Part shown: positions 35,766 to 45,747 of the stretch, one piece after another | How positions within the stretch are numbered: position 1 is the first letter of the stretch | How the letters are laid out: every line of letters starts with the position of its first letter | Assembly (NCBI GenBank): GCA_010909165.1 | Contig: VJWM01000187.1 | Coordinates: 62,001 to 126,000 of the forward strand | Reading direction: 5' to 3' | DNA from: Anthoceros angustus | Lineage: Eukaryota > Plantae > Anthocerotophyta | Length of the DNA stretch: 64,000 bases | Translations under genes and position numbers: made by a program | The notes under the pieces: model-generated | What the model was told of the DNA's origin: nothing | Databases searched by the model: none | What the model saw: only the letters and a program-made list of their open reading frames with translations

Positions 35766-37140
35766 GATGAAGGTCGCCGGTTTTAAGTTTGGAGATTCAT
35801 TTTGAGAAGAGATGGCAAAATGAGTGGCAAAATGAGAAGAAAGAGAAACTGGGTCAGCAAAACGGAATAAAACCCAGTGATACCATCCGGTCCGATGTAG
35901 TACCACTTCTCAATTTCCGGACAGCAGGCAACGATTAGAGGAAACGGAGCAAGAAGAGTAGAGGGGATGTGGTAAACGCCATCAATGTAGGAGAGGAGCT
36001 CAGAGTCAGCTTTGAGAAGGATGAGAGAGTGAGGGTGGAATTCCTTCCAAAATACAGAGCCACCAGGGGACATCTGAAGGAGGGAGGTAAGACGGATGTG
36101 TTCAGATTGGAGGAATTGAGACTTTTTCATGGAGAGGAAGGTTTTATAAGGTTTGACAATGGCTTTATAGAGAGGGGAATGATGAGATCCAGGGGGAAGG
36201 TGAAGCTGGCGCAAGGTAAGATGTAATTGAGAGCACATGCGCTTACAATCGGCATCAAACTAAGGATGGCGGGGGGCCCGATGGTTGCGGGGAGGGTGAC
36301 AAAATTTGAAAGGGAAAGTAGAGCGAGTAGAAGATAGGATGGCAGAGGAGGAAGTAGCGGCCCAAGAAAGGAAGGAGGTGAGTGAGGGTGAAAATCTTGG
36401 CACAATTATAAATATGTAGTTAGAAGGGAGATGAAGGTCGCCGGTTTTAAGTTTGGAGATTCATTTTGAGAAGAGATGGCAAAATGAGTGGCAAAATGAG
36501 AAGAAAGAGAAACTGGGTCAGCAAAACGGAATAAAACCCCAGGATACCATCCGGGTCCGATGTAGTACCACTTCTCAATTTCCGGACAGCACGGGCAACG
36601 ATTAGAGGAAACGGGAGCAAGAAGAGTAGAGGGGATGTGGTAAACGCCATCAATGTAGGAGAGGAGCTCAGAGTCAGCTTTGAGAAGGATGAGAGAGTGA
36701 GGGTGGAATTCCTTCCAAAATACAGAGCCACCAGGGGACATCTGAAGGAGGGAGGTAAGACGGATGTGTTCAGATTGGAGGAATTGAGACTTTTTCATGG
36801 AGAGGAAGGTTTTATAAGGTTTGACAATGGCTTTATAGAGAGGGGAATGATGAGATCCAGGGGGAAGGTGAAGCTGGCGCAAGGTAAGATGTAATTGAGA
36901 GCACATGCGCTTACAATCGGCATCAAACTAAGGATGGCGGGGGGCCCGATGGTTGCGGGGAGGGTGACAAAATTTGAAAGGGAAAGTAGAGCGAGTAGAA
37001 GATAGGATGGCAGAGGAGGAAGTAGCGGCCCAAGAAAGGAAGGGGAGGTCAGGGGGATGGAACCAAGGGAGGGATGGAGAGTGCGGGCGAATTGGGGAGC
37101 AAGTTTATGGGAAAAGGTGAATTTGGTGGTACGATCATGT
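35760..37140 (-). mobile_element. LINE ORF2 fragment (endonuclease-RT linker), tandemly duplicated with ~665-bp period
   Basis: The minus strand reads RHP*FDADCKR (PWFD motif with TGG>TAG), then LYKAIVKPYKTFLSMKK..FWK. Segment ~35745-36410 is repeated at ~36410-37040. Confidence 0.65.
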
Positions 37141-37162
37141 GTAGGAGCAAAAAGAGGAGGCC

Positions 37163-37440
37163 CTACTAGAAATGCCTGCTTATGTTACACTTTATGTTAA
37201 GATTTGGACCCCTGGATGTAACACTCATGTTGCAATTTTGGGGCTATGTAACACTTTTTGGGCCCCTTGTTACACTTTGGCTTGGAAACCAGACCAACGC
37301 TTTTGTTGCAATCATGTTGCAAGGGTGTTGCAATTATGTTGAGATGAAGTGAGAGGTGCTTTTGTCCTCTCTCAAGATTGCAACAAGATTGCAACATATA
37401 AAGTGTTACAAGAAAAGTCTTGTAACACTTTTCAAGGCTT
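37163..37440. mobile_element. Possible DNA-transposon terminus (CACTA-like subterminal repeats)
   Basis: TACTAGAAA followed by many direct and inverted TGTTACA/TGTAACA and TGTTGCAA/TTGCAACA units. No partner end was found. Confidence 0.3.
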
Positions 37441-38527
37441 GGTACCGAAGCTCCTCCCCATCTACTATTCTGTTTTTACTTTTACCCTATGGAATATCAA
37501 GTTTTACATAGTCGTTACTACTAATACGCCCATCAATACCACCACACATAAATGCCCGTATCAATAGGTTCTTCGTACTATACGTGTATCATTTACGGTG
37601 ACATATACGATATCGTATTTTCAATGATATATGTTCATATTATATTTTGTATGTAATAAATATGTATGTCATACGAATTACGTACGTATGCTCGTCTGTA
37701 CATATTTATTATATGGTACTTTGTATTTACCATTTGTACAAATCTCGATGCATCTTTATCCCCAAATTTCTAACATGACAGCCTATTTTTCTCTATCCCG
37801 TGCCTCCTAAAAAGGCACATCTTGAATTTCATCGACTGCCTCCTCTTCTGCCTCCATGTTCTCCTGTGCGTCACCGCCATTACGTGTCCCCCCCACGGCC
37901 ACGAACTGTCGACTTCCCCTAGCTCCTTTTTAACGCACCTGAATGTTCCCCCCCTAGTCCTCCCTCCTTCTCTCTCCCCCTAGACAACTGCCTCTTGTCC
38001 GTTACGCGCCTTTTTGCCCCTGCCTCAACCATGGCTGCTATTGGCTGCTCCACTCCCCTCCCTCCTCGCCACCCGCCTCTTCCACTCCCTTGCGTTGTTT
38101 TCACTGTCCACACTCAACACATGTACATTGCCTTGTGGCGGTGACATTCGCCCTCCTCGTACCCGATCGCCTCCAAACACGTCCCTCCTACCGTGCACCG
38201 GCCTTTTCACTCCCTATTCACCCAAATACCTTGCTCGGTCATCTATTTCCTAGCCGTCGATGACAAGCTCCAGGATAGTTTTGTGCGCTGCTTTTCTATG
38301 GAGATTTTAGAGCCTGAGATGAGTGTCCATCTGCTTATCCTCCAAACTCATGTGCAACTTATCCTTCAAACTCACCAGCATGCATTCGCGACATTTGAGG
38401 ACCATTATCACTATACATTGGCAGAAAAGTTTGGGCACGACTTTAAGTTTTATCAACGGGTAATCTCGAGCCGAAGACCACACACAAGGGAGGCCAGGCA
38501 GCTTGCGGGGTGCGAAGACAGTTTTTG

Positions 38528-39030
38528 ATGGACTTGGTCAAAAAGATGTGTTGACTTGGACTGACTATGAGGAGGGCAGGGGCCCGTAGGAAGACCTTCC
38601 TTTCAACAGGGGTATGCTACAAGAAGGCATGGCGAAACCTGATTCCTCGACATTCTCTAGGCATATATGTGCAAACGTAGCAGCTCTGCATCTTGGAAGG
38701 CACGTACATGTACAGATACTAGAACAAGGCATGCAAACCAACCTGTTTGTAGCTGACAGTTTGACTAACAAGTAGGGGAAGCTTGGGAGCCTTGTTGACG
38801 CACAACAAGTGTTTGATACGTTATCTGAAAAAAGCCTTGTGACCTGGAATGCTCTCATTGCACGCTATTGTTGTCAAGGGGAGAGTGAGGCAGTCTTCAA
38901 CTTGGTCATTAGAATGAGAGAGGAAAGCATAATGTGCATGCTGTTAGGCGCTTTGTCGAAAGTGGAGCAATGTGGACGTGGGACGCCTTGCTTTCCATGA
39001 AGCAGTGATGCTTGAAAAGAAAGATTGCTA
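38528..39030 (+). pseudogene. Decayed PPR fragment (WW-gene-like)
   Basis: Reads [67 protein letters not shown] and an E-motif remnant, with stops and deletions. Confidence 0.75.
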
Positions 39031-39454
39031 GGTCAGGTGTTGAAGAAAGCAGAGAGGTAGCCTGCCTTCTCAATTCGGCACAACGTCATTTGTTTTTTTA
39101 TGTTTGTTGTTCAATGTCCGCTGTGGTTTCCTCCTGACAATTTCAAACTTATTGATGGAAAATATTAAACATCCAAGCTTGAGCAAATCATACTACTATA
39201 TAGGATTTTACATCTATCGAGATTAGTGGATTCTTTGTCACTAGTTGAGTCGTTGGAGCTGACGTCTTCGCCGCCGTGTTGTTCATTCTTATGGCTTTGT
39301 GTTGGTGGCTCTGATCTTAGTATGTTCCTGGTGCAGGTCCAGGGTGGAGAAGAACTCACACGCAGTCCCGTATGCCCAGCTACGTTCCCCCGACTTCCAG
39401 GAACCTGAACCTCTACTTTGCCATAGATAGAAGCCCATCTGGAAGGAGGAAATT

Positions 39455-42400
39455 TTGTGTAGGTGGGGCCGGATCAGAAGCGCGCACCGCGAGGAGATTG
39501 TTCAATACTATTTGCTGAGATTGTTGCAACAAATTATGCTTCCGCAAGTTAACAAAAGAAGCCTTCCATATAACAGATGTTTTCGAATGGGCGAGCAGGA
39601 GACATTTCGCAATCGCCAGGCAAAGATGATTTCCGCCGTAACAAGGGAGAGGGTTTTCACTCACCTCATGGGTCAGGCTCCTATGCAATGTTGTTTGAAA
39701 GCCGTCAGACGAGTATACTGCATAGGATTCGCAAAGTATGAGGAGTTGAAGCGGAGAGTTCTTCTGAATGCACCATGGGATGCTAACAAGGCCAGCCCTT
39801 GTGTACAATCCTCTCATGCATTGGCTACAATTTCCTGGATGGACTCCACTTTCCTCCACTTGGCGGGGCGACTACCGAATGTGGAGGTATACAATCTACC
39901 AGACACTTTCACGAAGCATGAGGTTTGGATACAATACAAGAGTGGAATGGAGTCAAAAGCTCAACGCTTTGTGTCGTATGCATATTTCTTGCGGCTGCGG
40001 GATCAGAGTTTCAAGCGGGTGAAGATACCCAAGTCAAATAGATTCTCAACTTGTTTCATAAGCGCGGGGCTGAAGTTCAACATACGCAGCACCGATGCTG
40101 GGATTGACCAAGGTAGGCCTCCTCTCTAGCTATTACGGTCTGTCTGTATACATGGCTGAGAAGCATGTGGAGTAATGAAGGGGATTAGCAGTACTAGTGG
40201 ATGGGTGTGCCCCGGCGAGTAGCACGTGGGGTAGCGGGCGTGGCGGCGGCATCAGCGCACGCCCGGCACGCAGCGATATTTACAAGATGCCTGTTCTCCA
40301 TCAGACAAAAAGGCGCCGCATGCCGCTTTGTGGAGTGAGGGCACCGACATGGCGCCATCCTCTCCTTACAACCGCGGGTGCCCTTTGGCATAAGGAGGGC
40401 GCCACCATGCCGTGCCATTCCTAAACACTTCAGCAGGCCGGCATGCCCGCGCCCAAGTTGCGCTTATGTTCATTGCAGCTGGAAGCGCGTGCGCCGCCAG
40501 GCTGGGACTCTAGTTTGGTCGGTAGCCGCACCAAGGACTTCCCGTAGTCACCGCCGACATGCACATCACAGGCATTTGACAGCTTGAAAATCGTAATCAA
40601 GATGTGTCGCACGAGGTAAGCACTTGAATTCATATAAGCACTTCCTCGACCAACAACCAAGCAAACAAATCTAATACGCAGATATATAGGTGTAAACCAA
40701 TATAACAACAGGAGGGAGTAGCTCACACGTCGTGGCACAAACGCACTCTCCCCACGAGAACAACACGCAAATTCCTCACACATCGCTCTCGGAGTCATAG
40801 CTTTGGCCTCCTCACAACACCCTTGAATTGCATATCTAGAGGACAAGCTATGATCTGAGCTTGTCTTCAATGGAAGGGTCTATATATACTAGCCCTTGGC
40901 ATCGGCATATTCCTAAGATATCCTATTGGCATTAGCATATGCCGGAAATATGCTAAGAATACACTATAATATGCAAGGAATATGCCAAAGCATATTAGTT
41001 GAGCTTATCCACTTAGCTATTGTATCCTAAGAATACACTATAATATGCAAGGAATATGCCAAAGCATATTACTTGAGCTTATTCACTTAGCTATTGCTAA
41101 CCATGTGTAATTAACACTACTCAATGCTTAATTAACACAAGCACCTTATATTAATTAACACTAATCAATGCTTAATTAACATAAGCACCTTAGATTAATT
41201 AACATTAATCAATGCTTAATTAACATAAGCACATTAGATTAATTAACACTAATTACTTACTTAAAGATAAGTAATTAGATTGATTAATGCTAATCAAACA
41301 CTAAACCCAAGTGCAGAGATTAGTATCCACGGCATGACATATGCCTCTGTGCTAGTCTCCGATCTCATATTCAATGCACGTTAATGGAGTCTTGCCAAAT
41401 AACTGTGTTGTCTTGAAAGTTTTTGAACTTGGGTGCCCACACGTCTGACAATTGTGTTCGATGATCTACAGCTTTGTATCAAGAGGCACTCAACAAGCAT
41501 CGGATACGATTGATGGAGGAACGGAAGAAGTTGACGAAGCATCGCTCGAAGTCCTACAAGGAGCCGCAGAAATATATGTTGTTATCTATCGACGGCATGG
41601 ACCAGAAAAAAACATCTCTCCCGCATATTTGGAGGTGGCCAAAGGACTTGAAGGAGGATAGTCGGATCATAGTGCATGTTGTTGGATGCATGATACATAA
41701 TTACACGTTCAGAGGGCGGGCGTATTTGCATTATGCCAATATCAAAAATGATGCAAATTTAACAATAGCTATTATCCAGAACGTCATACACAGGTATGAA
41801 GGGATACTTCCCAAAGTCTTATACCTGCAACTGGACAACAAATATCGGGAGAACAAGAATCAGCTTCTATTGACATATTTGAACATGCTCGTTGAACTCG
41901 GGACGTTTGAGAAGGTGAAGGTTGGATTCCTCCTTGTGGGGCATACGCACGACCAAGTGGATCAAATGTTTTCTTGTTTCTCTAAGCATTTAAAACATAA
42001 GGAGGCCCGGTCATTGACAACTATGCAAGAAATATTGAAGGCTTCGTTCACGCCGAATCCAGAGGTGAATGTATTGACAGAGGTGGCTGACTTCCGGACA
42101 TACGTGATACGTATGGCCATTACAAATAGTGACCGGCAGCCGGAAATATACAGCTGCGGTCCGGAAGTTGAACAATCTTTCATTTCAGCACCAGTTCAAA
42201 ATCACACGCGAGGACAAAGTTAGACGGGGCAAGGTTACCATTATTCGCAGTAAGCAATACTCCACTTCCCCCTTGTGGGAATCTAAAGATGGGCTTGAGT
42301 TCTTGTCTTTTGTTCCGGACACCGTCATCGGGGCCACTCTCCTTTGATGGCATTGCGGGCAAAGGACAAGACAGCTAGTGATGGGGGTTTGACCGCACAT

Positions 42401-42742
42401 GAAGGCATGGATCACTTGAAAAAAGGACTAATGAAGCTACCAACTTATTTCACTGTTGTGGAGGAAGAGTGGTGGACGGATTTCTGGAATGATCAACACG
42501 AAATCACAAATATTGTGGATCATAACATTGGGCTTGTTCTGCAAAACCCTTGGAGATGGTACGATAGGGCAGCCGCTGAAGCCCAAGTCCCCCCTTTGCA
42601 CATACCGGAAGAGGCTGTATTGGATGAGGCTTTCATGAAAGACCTTCTGAGCCCCAACTACGAGACAACATGTTCAGGCGATTTTATCGTAGGTTTTACG
42701 GGATCTGAGTGCCCAAAGTGCTGCTCCAGCAGGAAATTGTAG
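39455..42742 (+). mobile_element. Degenerate DDD-type DNA transposase (Sola-like), split by a 1359-nt intron
   Basis: N part LPNVEVYNLPDTFTKHEVW..VKIPKSNRF; C part IDGMDQKKTSLPH, YLQLDN..ENKN, FLLVGHTHDQVDQMFS. A GT at 40113 and AG at 41470-41471 join the parts in frame (IDQ-A-LYQEAL). Frameshifts occur near 42130 and 42345. Confidence 0.75.
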
Positions 42743-43051
42743 CCGCTACTTTGGCAGGGGGGCCATTTGCGGTTTTGACTTGGTAATGGTGCTCACAACA
42801 GTTAGAGTTGGGTGTGAGTTATCATGGAAATCCTTGACTGAACGCTGTAAAGTGTCATGAGCGCTATGCAGCCGTGGTGCGACAGTCGCAAGTAGGCCTT
42901 CTTGAGTTAAGACATCACGTAAACATCTCCAATATTTTTGTACCCTTCTAGCGAATTAAAGGTCATTTGTCAACTTCAAGACATTCATGGCTAGATTCCA
43001 TAAATGCGAGAGTGCAAAAAGTCACTGGATCCCTACATTTTGCTTCAAACA

Positions 43052-43207
43052 AGGCTGGAATTCAAGCTCAAACGAAGCTGGAATTCAAGCTTAAATGAAG
43101 CTGGAATTCAGGCTCAAACGAAGCTAGAATTCAAGCTCAAACGAAGCTAGAATTCAAGCTCAAATGAAGCTGGAATTGAGGCTCAAACGAAACTGGAATT
43201 CAGGCTT
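43052..43207. repeat. 23-bp tandem repeat, ~6.7 copies, near-palindromic core
   Basis: Unit aagctggaattcaagctcaaacg repeated head to tail with no spacers. Confidence 0.9.
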
Positions 43208-43439
43208 CCTTTCCTCAAGAATCACAATTAAAATATGACTAAATCAAGATAAAAATATGACTCAAAAACCATTTGAGTTTCTCACTAATTCGTCATTCAT
43301 CAAAGAGGTCTATATATGTAGCACAATAGTGGTTTTTATTGTAAACAATCTTTTGTTCTCTTGACCCCCTTTTCACGTTCATCTTTCCTAATCTCATCTT
43401 TGTTTCTCCACCACAAACTTTTTGACTACTACAAGTCAT

Positions 43440-44888
43440 ATGATCAAAATGGCGAGCTTTTACGATTTTTTCGTATTTATTATCGTTTTATCATTATGGA
43501 GTCTCTCATTATGCTTCGTCGCCACACCTTATGTTTTGATGAACCCGGCGAATGCAAGTGTTGAGCGTACTCTAATAACTTTAACATTAGATATCAGTGA
43601 ACGCAATCCACTTGTCATACACGGAGTTTTGGTTGATAGTTTATCATCAGGACGAGAACCGTTATTGCAAGATCAATCACGAATGAAGCATCTTGATTCC
43701 AAGAATGTTAATGCACAACTTGAGGATAATTATTTGCTTCCCATTAATGTGTTTTGTGCCACTGTAATGATAGGAACTCATGGTCAAACTCTTTCTTTGT
43801 CGATAGACACTGGAAGTGGTTTGACATGGGCACAACTAGATGGATGTCAAGAGTGTTTTCAAACAGTGGCAGCCAATTTTTCCCCAAAGGATTCACTCTC
43901 TTTCAGTCCACTGTCATGTAAAGATACGCTCTGCTCTTCAAGTTTAGGCGTGGCATGAACTTGTCAGCGTAGTCAAAACGGAAAAAATGAGTTGTGTGGT
44001 TATAAGGTGCAATATGGAGATGGAACAGTAACATCTGGATGGCTTTTAACAGATATATTATCTCTCCCAAGTGTTACTAATGCATCACAATTCACTAAAT
44101 TTCTATTTACATTTGGTGTTGGTAATATACAAAGGGGGATATTTACCCGAGACGAGTCAGGAATACTTGGCCTTAATCAAGGAGATTTATCGATAACTAC
44201 ACAAATGGAACCATTCACTGGTGGTGTATTTGGATGGTGCTTATTACCAGCTTCGGACGCTTACCTTGGAGACACTGGAAAACTAATATTTGGAGATGTT
44301 GCTTTACCTATTGACAAACGTTCATTAAGCAGCATTTCTTTATTAGTCAATAATAAATTTCCAAACAACTATTATTATGTACAAATCGTTAATATATATG
44401 TGGGTTCATATAAACTTTATATTCCCCGTGAGCAATTTGAAATAAAGGTTGATGGCAGTGGAGGTACCGTTATTGATACTGGAACTATATTGACATTCTT
44501 CAATCAAGACATATATAATATTATTGCGAAGGAGGTAATGTTCAGAATGACGCCAAATCGTCCAATACCATCAAGAAAGTTCCCTTTATGTTTTGGTGAA
44601 GTTGCTGGAATGCAACTGGTAGATGTTTCTCTTGAGTTTGATGATCCAAAAAATCCCGTGGAGTGGAGAATTCCACTTAAAAATCTATGGATAAGAGCAA
44701 CGCAAGATAAGGATCCCCTTAAAGATATGATATGTCTTATGATTGGTCCAAATCCTAATGGTGGAGTACATGGAAACATAGTAGGAAACTATGTGCAAAG
44801 AAATACCTACATAGCAGTGGATACTTATAATTCTAAGGTATATTTACAGCTGGTTGCTCCCAAATGTAAACTTAATTGGTTGGGTTGA
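43440..44888 (+). pseudogene. Secreted A1-family aspartic protease, intronless, with one in-frame TGA (43956-43958)
   Basis: Signal peptide, SIDTGSGLTW and VIDTGTILTF motifs. ORFs 43422-43958 and 43992-44888 are in the same frame. The paralog has CGA at the stop position. Confidence 0.85.
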
Positions 44889-45011
44889 GTGATGTATAAA
44901 ACCAAAGAACCCTGAAAAATAAGACTTTAATATAAAAAAGAGATGAGAAAAACCCATCCACCCCAAAAACAAAGGGGGAAAAACCCAACAAAGGGCACCA
45001 TGCCAGAGGGA

Positions 45012-45341
45012 CTAGCCCTCACAATCACGCATTTCAAAACTACCAATCGCCCGAAGAACTTTGTGGTCAGGGATGTGAAAAAGCCTACTTACCACCGGTG
45101 TCGAAGAAGCTGCATCTCCCGCGCTCGCTGTCGTTTTGTACACTGCGTTGGCCAACGCCCTCTGCAAAGGGATGGAAACCCTCTGCCGAAAGAAAGCAAC
45201 AATACAAGAAAGGTGGAGGCCAACCCAATTCTTGCAGCTGTGATAAGCCTTGGCACAGGCCTTGATGAAGCTAGAGAAATCCTTGTCCATGGCTCCGTGA
45301 GTCTCGATGGCAAGGGGGACGAAGGCGTGACCATCTTGCAT
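45012..45341 (-). mobile_element. 3' fragment of a restriction-like-endonuclease (RLE) non-LTR retrotransposon
   Basis: FVPLAIETHGAM..F..RQRVSIPLQRALA matches the C-terminal RLE signature of R2/CRE/NeSL-type elements as I recall it. Confidence 0.6.
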
Positions 45342-45747
45342 AGGAGAGTCCTTGTGGACCCTAGCCGAGCAGAGTTTAGGGATTAGTCAAAATTTTGAAT
45401 CAGGCTTTCCAACTTGATGAATGTTGAAAAACCGTAACGTACATTTAGGGTTTGCGTGACTGCTAGTGACTAGCCGTGACAGCCCTTTGTTTATGCTATT
45501 TTTTCGAAAGCTGAGCTTTCGATTCGGTTTAATTCGACATCAAATATCGATCGATATTAATGGCATAGATTCGCGAGATCCATTCGGTTCTGATCGCCTC
45601 TGTTCTAGGAAAGGTGAATAACTGTTAGGCATCCATTTCCATGTCTCCGTTTGAACAGGGATGAAGATGAAGCAAGCATGTTCACTCCCCAGAAAAAAAA
45701 AATTCTCCGGAGTATACAAGTAAGCAGCGGCTACTTCTTCCTTTTTC

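Noticed and set aside
38193-38528. 111-aa ORF in the transposon island
   Set aside because: No recognisable homology; probably non-coding or decayed TE sequence.
43052-43207. CRISPR-like array
   Set aside because: The 23-bp units are head to tail with no unique spacers, there are no cas genes, and the context is eukaryotic.
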